The notes under the pieces were generated by a model. That model did no database searches. It saw nothing but the letters and a program-made list of their open reading frames with translations, and was not told the origin of the DNA. 64,000 nt of DNA from NCBI GenBank assembly GCA_003696075.1, contig RFHH01000119.1, positions 10,873 to 74,872 of the forward strand. The letters are read 5' to 3'. Both the position numbers and the translations under genes were made by a program. The DNA comes from Acidobacteriota bacterium (GTDB lineage: Bacteria > Acidobacteriota > Polarisedimenticolia > J045). Shown piece after piece: positions 9,982-21,145 of this stretch; the stretch's first letter is position 1, and each line of letters opens with the position of its first letter.

Positions 9982-10995
9982 TCAGGCGGTAACGCCGGCG
10001 GGGAGCGCCCTGAAATGTTCCTCGATCGCGCCGATGAAGTCCTCGGGCCGTTCGAGCGCGGAGATCCGGCGCCGGAGCGCGTCCCCATCCGGCAAGCCCC
10101 GGGCGTAGCGGCCGGTGAAGGTCCTCAGCTTGTGCAGCGCCATCTTCGGCTCGTAGTCGCGGACGATCCACGCGAAGTGCGTCCGGATCAGCTCGAGCCG
10201 CTCCTCGGGCCGGGGCCTGCAGGGAGGCCTTCCGGCCAGGAGGTCGGCCGCCTCCCTGAAAATCCACGGGTTCTCCAGAACGGCACGCCCGATCATGACC
10301 CCGGCGCACCCCGTCTCCCTCAGCATCCGGAGCGCGGCGGCGGGAGAGTCCACGTCTCCGTTACCGATCACCGGTATCGACAGGGCCGCCGCCAGCCGGG
10401 CGATCGCTTCCCAGTCGGCGTGCCCCCGATACATCTGCCGGGCCGTCCGCGCGTGGAGCGTGACGGCGTCGGCCCCTTCGGATTCGCACATGCGGCCGAA
10501 CTCGAGATAGTTCACCGGCGTCGGTCCGGTTCCGATCCCGAGGCGGAACTTGACCGTGAGAGGGATCGTGAGCTCCCGCCGGCAGGCCCGGACGATGCTT
10601 GCCGCACGCTTGACGTCGCGCATCAGCGCCGCTCCCGCGCACCCTTTCAGAATCTTGTTCGCGGGGCAACCCATGTTGATGTCGCAGACATCCGGGCGGA
10701 GGCGTTCCACCACGCGGGCACAGGCCGCCATCTGTTCCGCGTCGCGCCCGTAGATCTGGATCGCGATCGGTCGCTCCTCCGTGGTGAACGTCAGCTTCTC
10801 GAGCTCCTTGCGGATCCCGCGGGCCACCTGCCCCGAGGAGACGAACTCCGCCGACACGAGGCCCACTCCGCCGATCCTTCTCACGAGCAGCCGGAAGTGG
10901 CGGTCGCAGATGCCGGCCATGGGAGCCAGCACGAGCGGCGGCCGCACCGTGAGCCCCCCGATCCGCAGCGCCGGGATCCCTCCACCCGCCGCCAT
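9982..10995 (-). CDS. dus: tRNA-dihydrouridine synthase
   Basis: LAPMAGICDRHFR, INMGCPANK (Dus catalytic Cys), and a TIM-barrel FMN signature. The start ATG overlaps the NUDIX stop (TGATG). Confidence 0.85.
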   Translation of the reverse strand: MAAGGGIPALRIGGLTVRPPLVLAPMAGICDRHFRLLVRRIGGVGLVSAEFVSSGQVARGIRKELEKLTFTTEERPIAIQIYGRDAEQMAACARVVERLRPDVCDINMGCPANKILKGCAGAALMRDVKRAASIVRACRRELTIPLTVKFRLGIGTGPTPVNYLEFGRMCESEGADAVTLHARTARQMYRGHADWEAIARLAAALSIPVIGNGDVDSPAAALRMLRETGCAGVMIGRAVLENPWIFREAADLLAGRPPCRPRPEERLELIRTHFAWIVRDYEPKMALHKLRTFTGRYARGLPDGDALRRRISALERPEDFIGAIEEHFRALPAGVTA

Positions 10996-11548
10996 CACGT
11001 TCTCCCGGACAGCAGGTACAGACCGACCGCGGCCACGACGAGCGCGTGCCGGATCGCCCCCTCGCGGACGAGATCGGGAAGGGCGCCGGCGGGGCGCCGG
11101 ATCAGCTCGATCCGCTCCCATGGGTCCGGCTCGGCGGGCCCCGCCGGCCGAGCGTCCTCGGCGAGAAAACAGTGACAGCGGTTGGCGAAGATCGCCGGAT
11201 TGGGCTCGATCGTCCCCAGCAACTCGGCTCGTGCGGCTCGGTAGCCCGTTTCCTCTCTCAGCTCGCGCAGGGCCGCCTGCTCCGGCGTCTCCCCGCGATC
11301 GACCATGCCGCCTGGGATCTCGAGCGAGTCGCTCTCCGAGCCGTGGCGGTACTGCCGGACGAGGAGGACCTCCCGTTCGGGGGTGAGCGCGATCACGTTC
11401 ACCCAGTCCACCGCCCGGAGCACCACGAAATCCCGCTCCCGGCCCTCCGGTTCGAGGCGATACCGATCGCGGTGGACGGTGAAGATCCCGTGATCCGCTA
11501 CCTTTCTTCCGCCGAGACGGACCCAGCCGCCGGGAGCCGCCCCACGCA
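10995..11548 (-). CDS. NUDIX hydrolase
   Basis: Nudix box GGMVDRGETPEQAALRELREETG. The start overlaps the upstream gene's stop by 1 nt. Confidence 0.8.
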
Positions 11549-12253
11549 TCAGCGAAGCCCCGGTTGCGCCAGCCCGAGCACGAGGCGGAACAGGCCGGGG
11601 GCGAGGAGATCGAACAGCCGCCACGCGACGAGGAGTCCGAACAATGCCGCCATCGGCGCGGAGCGCGCCGCCGCCATCAACGCGGCTCCCGCCCTACCCC
11701 CGAGCCCTTCGAGCACCGTGGCGCCATCGAGCGGCGGAAGCGGGATGAGGTTGAACACCCCGAGCATGGCGTTGAGGAGGGCGAGAACGCTCAGGAGCCT
11801 CGCTCCCGCCATCGCGAACGGGCCCCCGACCGCCGGCACGACGATACGTTCGAGCCCCGGCTCGGCCGGCGGCGCTCCCAGCCCCGCGCCCACGAGCGCT
11901 CGGATCGCGACGATGGCTGCGCCGGCGAGCGCGAGGTTGGCGAGCGGCCCCGCGGCGGCCATCGCCGCCGCGCGCCGGGGGTGGCGGCGGGCCCAGCGGG
12001 GGTCGTAGGGCGCGGAAGCCCAGCCGATCATCCAGCCAGCCAGGGCGTAGCACACGATCGGGACGACCAGCATTCCGAACGGCTCCCGCCTCAGGTGCGG
12101 GATCGGATTGAGGGTGACCTGCCCGGCGCGGTAGGCGGTCGGATCGCCGCCGAGGCGCGCCGCCGCCGCATGCGCCGCTTCGTGGCAAGTGGCGGACAGC
12201 AGGAAGGCCACCAGCCACAAGGCCAGACCCGCGACGTCGAAGGGAAGACTCAT
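11548..12253 (-). CDS. Site-2 protease family (M50) membrane metallopeptidase
   Basis: Multi-TM protein with HEAAH (HExxH) in TM1 and a second LDG motif (PLPPLDG) typical of S2P/M50. Confidence 0.7.
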
Positions 12254-12271
12254 CGGGGACGGCGCAGCCGA

Positions 12272-13135
12272 TCAGTACTCGTAGAAACCGCGGCCCGTCT
12301 TTCTTCCGAGCCACCCGGCGTCGACGTACTTGACGAGAAGCGGGCACGGACGGTACTTGGGATCGCCGAGCCCCTCGTGCAGCACCCGCAGGATGGCCAG
12401 GCAGGTGTCGAGCCCGATGAAGTCGGCAAGGGTCAACGGCCCCATCGGGTGGTTCATGCCGAGCTTCATGACGGTGTCGATCTCCTCGACCCCGGCGACC
12501 CCCTCGTAGAGCGCGTAGATCGCCTCGTTGATCATCGGCATGAGAACGCGGTTCGCCACGAAGCCGGGATAGTCGTGAACCTCCACGGGCGTCTTCCCCA
12601 GCTTCTCCGCCAGATCCCTGGTCAGCGAGAAGGTCTCGTCGCTGGTGGCCAGGCCGCGGATGACCTCGACGAGCTTCATCACCGGCACGGGGTTCATGAA
12701 ATGCATTCCGATGAACCGGTCGGGCCGCTTCGTCGACGAGGCGAGCCGCGTGATCGGAAGCGACGAGGTGTTGCTCGCGAGGACCACCTCGTCCCGCGTG
12801 ATCCGATCGAGTTCGGAGAAAAGCCGCGTCTTGGCCTCGAGATTCTCGACGATCGCCTCGACGACGAAGTCGCTGTCGGCCAGCGGCTCCACACCCACCG
12901 CGGGTGTGATCCGCGCGAGAGTGGCGTCTTTGTCCTCTGCGGCGATCTTCCCCTTCTCGACGGCGCGTGACAGGAACCCACCGATCTTCGCGATCGCCTT
13001 GTCGACGAGGTCCCGCGACACGTCGCTCAAGGTGACCTCGTAGCCCGACTGGGCGAACACGTGGGCGATTCCACTTCCCATCTGTCCGGCGCCGACGACA
13101 CCGATCCGTTTCACTTCGTCGATCTTCATCGTCAC
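12272..13135 (-). CDS. hbd: 3-hydroxybutyryl-CoA dehydrogenase
   Basis: [16 protein letters not shown]-binding motif and the 3HCDH N- and C-terminal domains. It is adjacent to a thiolase. Confidence 0.9.
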   Translation of the reverse strand: MTMKIDEVKRIGVVGAGQMGSGIAHVFAQSGYEVTLSDVSRDLVDKAIAKIGGFLSRAVEKGKIAAEDKDATLARITPAVGVEPLADSDFVVEAIVENLEAKTRLFSELDRITRDEVVLASNTSSLPITRLASSTKRPDRFIGMHFMNPVPVMKLVEVIRGLATSDETFSLTRDLAEKLGKTPVEVHDYPGFVANRVLMPMINEAIYALYEGVAGVEEIDTVMKLGMNHPMGPLTLADFIGLDTCLAILRVLHEGLGDPKYRPCPLLVKYVDAGWLGRKTGRGFYEY

Positions 13136-13144
13136 CCTCCCGCT

Positions 13145-13507
13145 TTATCGCTTGCCGAGGCAGGCCCAGAAGCCTGCGCCGGCGACCGCCAGGTAGATGA
13201 CCGCGGCGCCGAGGGCGGGCCGGAGGCGCTCGCGCGCCGTCGCCGCGGCTCCCCCCGCCAGGGGAGCCAGAACCACCAGCGTCACGGCGCACCAGATCGC
13301 CAGGATCCAGGCCGCCGGCCTCCCGCCGCGCGGAACCAGCACCGTGGCCGCGACCCCGAATGCGGCGACCGCGGCCGCGGAACCCGGTCCGACGTCGCCT
13401 CTCCAGGCGAACCAGAGGCAGGCGAGCGAGCCGGCCGCGGTCAGGAAGGCCAGCGCGCCGCGCACCAGCGACCTGGCCCCGTCCGCGCCGCCGACCGGCT
13501 CGGTCAC
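13145..13507 (-). CDS. Small hydrophobic membrane protein (hypothetical)
   Basis: ORF 13145..13573, with about 3 predicted TM helices. A GTG start at 13507 avoids overlap with the thiolase stop. There are no recognisable motifs. Confidence 0.35.
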   Translation of the reverse strand: MTEPVGGADGARSLVRGALAFLTAAGSLACLWFAWRGDVGPGSAAAVAAFGVAATVLVPRGGRPAAWILAIWCAVTLVVLAPLAGGAAATARERLRPALGAAVIYLAVAGAGFWACLGKR

Positions 13508-13511
13508 GGCT

Positions 13512-14690
13512 TCACCGCTCGATGGCGACGGCCACCGCGTTGCCCCCGCCGAGGCAAAGGGAGACGACCGCACGGTGCGCGTCCCGGTCGCGCATCGCGT
13601 ACAGGGCCGTGGTCAGGCAGCGCGCTCCCGAAGCGCCGATCGGGTGTCCCAGGGCGACGCCGCCGCCGTGGACGTTGTGCTTTTCGCGCGGGATCCCGAG
13701 GACCTTTCCGAGCGCCACCTGCTGGACCGCAAAGGCCTCGTTGATCTCGAACAGATCCACCTCGTCCATCGACCACCCGGCCTTGTCGAGCACCGCCCGA
13801 ATGGCCGGCTCCGGCGTCATGAGGACCCATTCCGGCGCGAGACCCGACGTCACCGAGGCCACCACGCGGCCGAGCACCGGCAGGCCGCGCTCGCGCGCCA
13901 CGCCCTCGCGCGCGACGACCACCGCCGCCGCACCGTCGTTCACGCCGGGCGAGTTGCCGGCCGTCACCCGCCCGTCCTTGCGGAAGGCCGGCTTCAGCCG
14001 GGCGAGCTTCTCCAGGCTCGTGTCGCGCCGCGGCCCCTCGTCGGTGTCCACGAGCTTCGTCTCACCCTTTCGCTGGGGAACCTCGACCGGAACGATCTCG
14101 TCGCGGAACTTTCCGGCGTCGATCGCGGCGATGGCGCGCTCGTGGCTCATCAAGGCCCAGGCGTCCATCTCCTCGCGGCTGACCTCGTACCGGTCCGCGA
14201 CCATCTCCGCCGTCTCGCCCATGTGCACGTCGTTATAGACGTCCCACAGCCCGTCGTGGATCATCGAATCCACGAGCTGGGCGTGCCCCATACGCAGCCC
14301 GGTCCGGGCCTGCTGGACGAGATAGGGGCAGTTGGACATCGACTCCATGCCCCCGGCCACGATGATGTCGGCGTCCCCCGCGCGGATCGCCTGATCGGCG
14401 AGCATCACCGCCTTCAGCGACGATCCGCAGACCTTGTTGACGGTGAACGCCCCGACGCTCTCCGGGACGCCCCCCCAGATCGCCGCCTGGCGCGCCGGAT
14501 TCTGGCCCAGGCCGGCCTGGACGACGTTGCCCATGATGACCTCGTCCACGTCGCCGGGGGCGATGCCGGCGCGGCTCACCGCCTCCCGGACCACCAGCGC
14601 ACCGAGGCGCGTGGCCGGCAGCGGCGACAGGGCGCCGAGGAACCGTCCGATCGGAGTTCGGCAGGCACTCACAATGACCGTCTTTTCCAT
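13512..14690 (-). CDS. Acetyl-CoA C-acetyltransferase (thiolase II)
   Basis: [15 protein letters not shown]…VNKVCGSS (active Cys)…[12 protein letters not shown] thiolase signatures. Start at ATG 14690. Confidence 0.9.
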   Translation of the reverse strand: MEKTVIVSACRTPIGRFLGALSPLPATRLGALVVREAVSRAGIAPGDVDEVIMGNVVQAGLGQNPARQAAIWGGVPESVGAFTVNKVCGSSLKAVMLADQAIRAGDADIIVAGGMESMSNCPYLVQQARTGLRMGHAQLVDSMIHDGLWDVYNDVHMGETAEMVADRYEVSREEMDAWALMSHERAIAAIDAGKFRDEIVPVEVPQRKGETKLVDTDEGPRRDTSLEKLARLKPAFRKDGRVTAGNSPGVNDGAAAVVVAREGVARERGLPVLGRVVASVTSGLAPEWVLMTPEPAIRAVLDKAGWSMDEVDLFEINEAFAVQQVALGKVLGIPREKHNVHGGGVALGHPIGASGARCLTTALYAMRDRDAHRAVVSLCLGGGNAVAVAIER

Positions 14691-14846
14691 GGGTGACCTC
14701 GTTCCCGGTCCGGAGGCGGGACGCGACCGGGTCGACTGGAGACGCGGCAGCGCCGCGTGGGGCGGAGTATACCCGCCCCCCCGCCGGCGTCCCACACCGG
14801 CGCAGCCGTCCCCTCCCATCGCCGCGGGGAGCGGGACGCCGCCGGG

Positions 14847-16763
14847 CTAGTCCTTCCGTGCCAGTTTCCGTGTCGCTTCGGTGTCGCCCGGATGGAGTTC
14901 GAGCACCCGCCTCCAAGCCTCGTCGGCCCGCCCGGCGAAGCCCGCGTCCTCCGCGATCCGCGCCAGCTCGCGCCACGCCGCGGTCGAGCGCGGGCTCCGC
15001 TCGAGCCAATGCTCGAGCAGGGCGAGCGCCTCCTCCGTCCGGCCGGCCAGGTGCAGGACCCGGGCCCGCATCGCGATCGAGGCGGCGCTCGGCGGTACGA
15101 GGGTGTCGTGCTTTTCGTAGGCTCGCAGCGCGAGGTCGTACTCGCCGCGGCGCCGGTGGACCCCCGCCAGTCGCCAGAGCACCTCGGCGCTCCTGCGGGG
15201 ATCGCCCTTCGTCAGCTCCAGTGCCTGCGAGAGGACCCGTTCCGCCGGCCCCAGGAGCCCCATCGCCACCCAGGCGTCGGCGAGCCGGCACCGGGCGGCG
15301 AGATTGCCGGGATCCCTGGCGATCAGCTCACGCAGGCGCTTCTCGGCGGCGCGGTACCGGCCCTGCCCGATCTCGAAGGAGGCGATGTGGAGCTGCTGCT
15401 GGACGCGGATCATCCGCTTCGGATCGGCGAGCCCCTGGGCGGGACGCGCCGTGCCGGGTGCACCTCCCTGGAAGTATCCGAGGCTCTGGAGTCGGCCGAG
15501 CTCGGCGTCGTCCAGGGCGCGTGGACGGTCGGGCGCGATCCGGGCGAAGGCGCGCTCCAGCTGCTCGGACAGCCAACCCGCGGTCTTCCTGGCCGTCTCG
15601 AATCTGTTCTTCGTCTCTCCGGGATCGCGCCGGAGGTCGTACAGCTCGGGCTCGGGGGCGGCGATGAATTTCCACTCCCCGGTCCGCACCGCGCGCAGGG
15701 GAGCCCAGCCGTACTCGATCGATCCCAGCCGGCTCTCGCTGAAGGCGTACTCCCTCGCCGGATTCCCGCCCTGCGCGAGACGCCAGAAGCTCTGGCCGTC
15801 GAGTCCCTCCGGCAATGCAAGGCCGAGCGCTTCGAGGACGGTCGGGACCACGTCCGACAGCGAGACGACCGGAGCGATCCGGCGGCCCGCCGGCAGCCCC
15901 GGATAGCGCAGGATCAGCGGAACCCGGATCGTCTCGTCGTACAGGAACAGGCCGTGGGTCAGCTCGCCGTGCTGCATCAGCCCTTCGCCATGATCCGCGG
16001 TGACGACGAGGAGCGTCCGGTCGAGCCAGCCGTGCTCCTCGAGGGCCCGCACCAGGCGATCGAGCTGATCGTCGACGTAGGCGATCTCGCCTTGATAGGC
16101 GACGAATCCTTCCGCCCCGCCGGTCCCGCCGGCGTCCTCGAGGTAGCGCGGCGGCGGAGAGTACGGGGCGTGCGGATCGTAGTAGTGCACGAAGAGGAAG
16201 CGCCGCCGGCCGCCTCCGGGTCGGGATCCGATCCAGGCGACGGCCGCGTCGGTCACCGATTCCGCGGTGCGGCTCGGCTCTTCGTAACCCGCCGATTCCA
16301 GATCGGGGATCGCATCGTCGAACAGGTCGAAGCCTTGTTCGATCCCCGAGCCGGAGGCGAGCGGCGCTCCGGCGACGAACGCCGCCGTCTCGAATCCCTC
16401 CGAGCGGAGCCTCTCCGCCAGCGTTTCGAAACGGTCCTCCAGCCGGTACAGTCCGTTGTGCCAGATTCCGAGGTGCCACGGTTCGAGACCGGTCAGGAGC
16501 GTCGCGTGCGACGGCAGCGTGATCGGTGCCGGGGCCACCGCCTGTTCCGCCAGCACCCCCTCCCGCGCCAGACGGTCGAACGTCTCGGTGTGCGCCGAGG
16601 CCGCTCCATAGCAACCGAGGTGATCGGCCCTGAGCGTGTCCACACTGACGATGACCACGTGCTGGGCCGGCGGAAGCTCGGGGTAGGGATGCCCCCCGCA
16701 CGAAGCCGCCGCGAGCGCCAGCCCGGCGGCGGAAAGGGGAGCCAAACCGCGGGCGGGCCTCAT
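14847..16763 (-). CDS. Sulfatase-family lipoprotein with C-terminal TPR repeats
   Basis: Lipobox LALAAASC. Sulfatase motifs SVDTLRADHLG and TADHGE. The C-terminal ~200 aa are TPR-like. The start ATG at 16763 overlaps the pyrF stop. Confidence 0.8.
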   Translation of the reverse strand: MRPARGLAPLSAAGLALAAASCGGHPYPELPPAQHVVIVSVDTLRADHLGCYGAASAHTETFDRLAREGVLAEQAVAPAPITLPSHATLLTGLEPWHLGIWHNGLYRLEDRFETLAERLRSEGFETAAFVAGAPLASGSGIEQGFDLFDDAIPDLESAGYEEPSRTAESVTDAAVAWIGSRPGGGRRRFLFVHYYDPHAPYSPPPRYLEDAGGTGGAEGFVAYQGEIAYVDDQLDRLVRALEEHGWLDRTLLVVTADHGEGLMQHGELTHGLFLYDETIRVPLILRYPGLPAGRRIAPVVSLSDVVPTVLEALGLALPEGLDGQSFWRLAQGGNPAREYAFSESRLGSIEYGWAPLRAVRTGEWKFIAAPEPELYDLRRDPGETKNRFETARKTAGWLSEQLERAFARIAPDRPRALDDAELGRLQSLGYFQGGAPGTARPAQGLADPKRMIRVQQQLHIASFEIGQGRYRAAEKRLRELIARDPGNLAARCRLADAWVAMGLLGPAERVLSQALELTKGDPRRSAEVLWRLAGVHRRRGEYDLALRAYEKHDTLVPPSAASIAMRARVLHLAGRTEEALALLEHWLERSPRSTAAWRELARIAEDAGFAGRADEAWRRVLELHPGDTEATRKLARKD

Positions 16764-17491
16764 GCGTCGAAGAACGCTGCGATGCGGGCCTGGATGCTCT
16801 CCGCCGCCCGCCGAGGGTCGGGGGCCTCGCGGATGGGGCGCCCCACCACGATGTGGTCGGCGCCCGCTGCGAAGGCCTTCTCGACCGTGACCACCCGCTT
16901 CTGGTCGTCCACGACGCGGTTGTCCACCGGCCGGATGCCGGGGCAGACGATCAGAAGGCGGTTTCCCAGGTGCTCGCGCAGGCGGGCCGCCTCGATGCCG
17001 GAGGAGACGACGCCGTCGCAACCCAGCTCCAGGGCGCGGCGTGCCCGGGAGAGGACCAGCTCCTCGACGTCGCAGTGGAAACCGAGGTCGCGGAGATCAC
17101 CGCGGTCGAGACTGGTGAGGACGGTCACCGCGAGGATCTTGAGGGACCCGCGGGGAACCGATGCCGCCGCCTCGAGCATGGCGTCGTTGCCGTGGACGGT
17201 CGTCAGGCTGACGCCGGTGTCGGTCAGCCGCGAGACCGCGCGCCGGACCGTCTCCGGCACGTCGAAGAGCTTGAGATCGGCGAACACCTTTTTCCCCCGG
17301 CGCACGAGCCAGTCCACGAGCTCCAGGTATCCGCCCGCCAGGAAGAGTTCGAGACCGAGCTTGTAGAAAACGACGCTGTCGCCGAGCCGTTCCACCAGGC
17401 GGCGAGCCGCATCGGCATCCGGCACGTCGAGCGCGAAGATCAACCGCTCGCGCAGCGGGATGTCCGGGCCGCCTTCCCTCGCTTCGCCCAT
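16760..17491 (-). CDS. pyrF: Orotidine 5'-phosphate decarboxylase
   Basis: LIFALDV…DLKLFDVPETV…PGIRP motifs of OMP decarboxylase. Confidence 0.9.
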   Translation of the reverse strand: MGEAREGGPDIPLRERLIFALDVPDADAARRLVERLGDSVVFYKLGLELFLAGGYLELVDWLVRRGKKVFADLKLFDVPETVRRAVSRLTDTGVSLTTVHGNDAMLEAAASVPRGSLKILAVTVLTSLDRGDLRDLGFHCDVEELVLSRARRALELGCDGVVSSGIEAARLREHLGNRLLIVCPGIRPVDNRVVDDQKRVVTVEKAFAAGADHIVVGRPIREAPDPRRAAESIQARIAAFFDA

Positions 17492-17571
17492 CTTGCCGCT
17501 CCCCACCCGCACCACGGGCCGCGGCGGATTCTATCCTCCGCCGGGCGGGCGCGCCGGGAAAGACCCGCGCG

Positions 17572-17820
17572 TCACGGCACCAGGCGGCGTCCCGAGGCGT
17601 CCCGGACGATCAGGGCTCCCGTGGGGCAGGAAGCGCAGGCGGCGAGCAGGCGTTCGGGATCGATCGTCCCCGGCGCCCCGGGACGGAACGTGACGAAGCC
17701 CTCCGCGTCGAGCTCGAACAGCTCCGGGGCGATGACGATGCAGGTCTCGGCCGCCACGCACCGTTCCCGCTCGATCGTCACGGTCAACTCACCGATCCGG
17801 CGCACCCGATCATCCGACAT
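17572..17820 (-). CDS. Ferredoxin (single-cluster, 3Fe-4S/4Fe-4S Fdx type)
   Basis: 82 aa. CVAAETC…CASCP cysteine pattern of actinobacterial-type small ferredoxins. Confidence 0.75.
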   Translation of the reverse strand: MSDDRVRRIGELTVTIERERCVAAETCIVIAPELFELDAEGFVTFRPGAPGTIDPERLLAACASCPTGALIVRDASGRRLVP

Positions 17821-17905
17821 GCGCGCCTCCCCGTCTCCGCTCGCGCAGCGGCACCGACGATTCGGCCTGCGGGCGGGCAGCGGACCGCTCCCCGAGGGGC
17901 TCCGC

Positions 17906-19238
17906 TCAGCAGTACCACGGCTCCTCGAGGTACGGGACCTTCGCCCGCCGCGGCGCTTCGGTGTGCTCCCCCGCGGCCGCGACGGCCCCCTCGGCGAGCC
18001 GGACGAACCGCTCGAAGACGGCCCCTGGAGAAACGCCTGCCGCCGCGGCTTCGCGCGCGATCGCCGCGGCGGCCCGTTGCATCTCGTCGACGTCCGGGTC
18101 CGGGTGGCGCCAGGGATGGACGAGGGCCTGAGGATCGAACGGGCCGCTGATCCGCCGGATCTCGGGAAGCTCGAGCAACCGGGAGCGCCGCGTGATCAAC
18201 AACCGCAGGGACAACTGCACCGGGGGCACATCGTCCACCAGCTTCAGCTCGGCGAGGCGAGCGAGGAAGGCCGCGTATCCGGAGCGCGTCGTCCACGGAT
18301 GGAAGGGGATGAACGTCGGCTTCACTCCGAGACCGGCCGCGCGCAGCAGACCCACGGCGGCGACCGCTTCCGATCCCGTGTGCCCCTTCTCCAGCCGGGC
18401 GAGCACCGCGTCGTCGAACGACTCCACCGCGGTGGTCACGAACAGGCAGCCCGTCCGCTTCAGGACGTCCAGGTGCCGGCGGTACCGTAGAAGGTGCTCG
18501 ACCTTGATCGTGACGTCATACGACAGGCGCGGGTGGCGCCTGTGCATCTCTTCCACGATCCGCAGCGAGTGCGTGGGGGCGTTGAAGAAATCGGGATCGG
18601 CGAACGTCACGTGCCCGGCACCCGCTTCGACCAGGTTGTCCACATCCGCGAGCACGACCTCGCGCTGCACGATCCGGAGCGTTCCGCCGTAGACGGGGAC
18701 CACCGGGCAATGACGGCAGCGGTGAAGACATCCGCGGCTCGTCTGGGTGGCGCCGGCCACGCGTCTCGTGCCGTCCGGCATCACCAGGTGCGCGTACCCG
18801 TCGAGCGCGGGTAGACCCTTCCGCAGCGGGATCAGGAAGCGCTGCCGGTCGAGCACGGTGCGAACGCCCCCTTCCGCCTCCGGCCGCATCTGGTCGGCCA
18901 GCACCGCCTCGAATTCGCCGCCGGTGGCGGCGTCGGCCCCGAGTTCGAGCAGCGATTCGCCGTTGAGCGCCGCGTACAGCCCGAAGCAGCAGAGACGCGC
19001 TCCCGGGGCGGCCCGGCGGATCGCGGGGAGAAACCGCGCCGCCAGGCGCGCCGCGGTGTGCATGGGCAAGTAGAGGGCGACGAGATCGGCCCCCTCGAAC
19101 GCGATGGGATCGAACGGCTCGACCGCCAGATCGACGCAGCGGACGTCCGCCCCCGCGCGGGCCAGCCAGGCGGCCGCCGACGCGACGCCGAACGGCTGCC
19201 GACCGAGGTCGTAGGTCGAGACGAGGACGGCCTTCATC
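17906..19238 (-). CDS. Radical SAM protein with N-terminal B12-binding-like domain
   Basis: N-terminal Rossmann-like domain (MKAVLVSTYDLG…) followed by a CxxxCxxC variant radical-SAM motif (SRGCLHRCRHC). The ORF extends upstream, but the ATG at 19238 fits domain boundaries. Confidence 0.75.
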
Positions 19239-19251
19239 CGCCGTCGGGCGC

Positions 19252-19845
19252 TCAGAAGGGGGAGGGGCCGCCGCCCTTGGCCGGCTGGTAGTAGGGGTTC
19301 TTCCCGCCCGCGTGATCCGTGGTGTCGATCACCTCCGTGATCTCCGGAACCGCTTGTCGGATCATCGCCTCGATGCCCTGTTTCAGCGTGACGCTGGCCA
19401 TCCCGCAGCCCTGGCAGCCTCCCTCGAGCCGGACGTAGGCCTTCCCCTCGCGCACGTCGAGCAGGGAGACGCGGCCCCCGTGCGAGGCCACCGCCGGGTT
19501 CACATGGCGGTCGATCACCTCCTGGACGCGGGCGGCCAGCGGGTCGTCCCACACCGGATTCGGGTTGTCGATGCGGAAACCGGCCCGTCCCGGGGCGTCG
19601 ACGTAGTCGAAGGTGGCGCCTTCCAGCTTCTCGGCGCTTTGCGGATCGACGAAGACCTTGAACGGGCCGGCATCGATGACCTTGTCGTCCTCGCGCCGAT
19701 CGGTCTCCTCGACCAGGCCGAATTCGTACTGGAACCCGCCCGGGCCGCGGCCGCGGATGGCGATGCGGAGCGCGAGACCCGGCTCGCCCTCGGCCTCGAT
19801 GTACTCACAGACTTTGCGGCGCGCGAGGTCGGTGATCTTCAGCAT
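19252..19845 (-). CDS. nfuA: Fe-S biogenesis protein NfuA-like (IscA/HesB N-domain + Nfu C-domain)
   Basis: C-terminal Nfu motif CQGCGMASVTLKQGIE (CxxC) and an A-type-carrier-like N-terminal half. Confidence 0.8.
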   Translation of the reverse strand: MLKITDLARRKVCEYIEAEGEPGLALRIAIRGRGPGGFQYEFGLVEETDRREDDKVIDAGPFKVFVDPQSAEKLEGATFDYVDAPGRAGFRIDNPNPVWDDPLAARVQEVIDRHVNPAVASHGGRVSLLDVREGKAYVRLEGGCQGCGMASVTLKQGIEAMIRQAVPEITEVIDTTDHAGGKNPYYQPAKGGGPSPF

Positions 19846-19876
19846 GGGATCCTTGTCCGGGAACGGCGAGCGGTGA

Positions 19877-21145
19877 TTATGGCATGCCGGCCGCTGCCTG
19901 TCCCCTGCGCAGCGGCTCGATCTCGAAGCGGAGGCAGGAGTGCGCCCTCTCGAGCGACCGCACCACGTCCGGCGGCGAGGCGCCCCGGGCGAACAGGAAG
20001 CCGAGGTAGCGGTCGCCTTCGGGAGGCGGTTCCAATTCCGCTCCCGGGGGCACGGTGATCCTCACTCCCTCGATCCCCGGTTCCAGGCGCGCCTTCGCCT
20101 CCCCCGTCCAGCCGCGCAGGATCCCGGGCGCGGGGATCGGGATCATCATCACCCCGCGGGCCCCCGGCTCCGGTTCGAAACCCTCGACGTCCATCCCCAG
20201 AGCGGAACGGATCACGAGCTCCTCCAGCGGGGTTCCCCCGGGACGGAACCGGACCACGCGGGAGCAAAGGCCGCCGATCGACCGCGGGGCGATCTCGATG
20301 ACGTGGGGAAGGCCACCGACGATCCGCAACTCGGCGTGGACGTTCCCGGTGTGGAAACCGACCGCTCCCAGCGCCCGCTCGACCGCGAGCCGGCAGCCCT
20401 CCTGCGCTTCGGCCGTCAGGCCGGAGGGGAGCACGTAGATCGACTCCTCGAAGAAGGGCCCCTGCCCGGCCCGCGGTTTGTCGAACAGGGCGAGGGTTCG
20501 CAGCCGCCCGCGCCGGACCACGCCCTCGAGGGCCACTTCGGGTCCGTCGAGGTAGGACTCCACGAGCAGCGGCTGGCGGCCGGCGGACAGCTCAGCCCGG
20601 TTCAGAAGCGCCCGGATCCGGGAGACGGCCCGGACGAATCCGGCGGGATCGTCGGCGCGAACGACCCCTCGGCTGGCCGACAGGGCCACGGGCTTCACGA
20701 CGACCGGAAAGGTCAAGCGCCGGGCGGCGCGGGCGGCATCCTCGCCCGGGGCCAGCAGCCGCCACCGCGCCGACGGGAGACCGGCCTCCGAAACCGCGCG
20801 CCGGAAGAGATGCTTGAATCTCAGCCGTCGCACCGCCTCGGCCGGGGCGTGCCGGAGGCCGAGGGCCGCCGCCGCCTCCGCGGCGAGCAGCACGCCGTCG
20901 TCGTCCGCGGCGAGCACACCGTCGATCCGGGTCCGCCGGGCGAAGGCGGCGATCTTCGCGACGGCGCGACGACTCTCGCCGAACGGCAGCACCAGATGAC
21001 CCTGCGGATCGGCCGCCGCCAAAGCCTGTGGCCGGTCCGTTCCGACCGTCAGCGCCACACCGCAGCGGGCGGCAGCGGTGACGAACGCCTCCGCCTTGTA
21101 CGTGCTCGTCGTCATCAACAGCAGGAGCCGGGGGCGATCGGTCAT
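19877..21145 (-). CDS. ATP-grasp domain protein
   Basis: Pre-ATP-grasp and ATP-grasp signatures (FPVVVKPV…SRGV, …ESYLDGPEVALEGVV…). The start ATG at 21145 overlaps the stop of the upstream HMG-CoA lyase (ATGA). Confidence 0.75.
   Translation of the reverse strand: MTDRPRLLLLMTTSTYKAEAFVTAAARCGVALTVGTDRPQALAAADPQGHLVLPFGESRRAVAKIAAFARRTRIDGVLAADDDGVLLAAEAAAALGLRHAPAEAVRRLRFKHLFRRAVSEAGLPSARWRLLAPGEDAARAARRLTFPVVVKPVALSASRGVVRADDPAGFVRAVSRIRALLNRAELSAGRQPLLVESYLDGPEVALEGVVRRGRLRTLALFDKPRAGQGPFFEESIYVLPSGLTAEAQEGCRLAVERALGAVGFHTGNVHAELRIVGGLPHVIEIAPRSIGGLCSRVVRFRPGGTPLEELVIRSALGMDVEGFEPEPGARGVMMIPIPAPGILRGWTGEAKARLEPGIEGVRITVPPGAELEPPPEGDRYLGFLFARGASPPDVVRSLERAHSCLRFEIEPLRRGQAAAGMP

Noticed and set aside
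14233-15291. ORFs overlapping the thiolase and sulfatase genes on the same strand in other frames (e.g. 14233..15291, 15328..16701).
   Set aside because: Out-of-frame overlaps of strongly supported genes. Composition typical of GC shadow ORFs.
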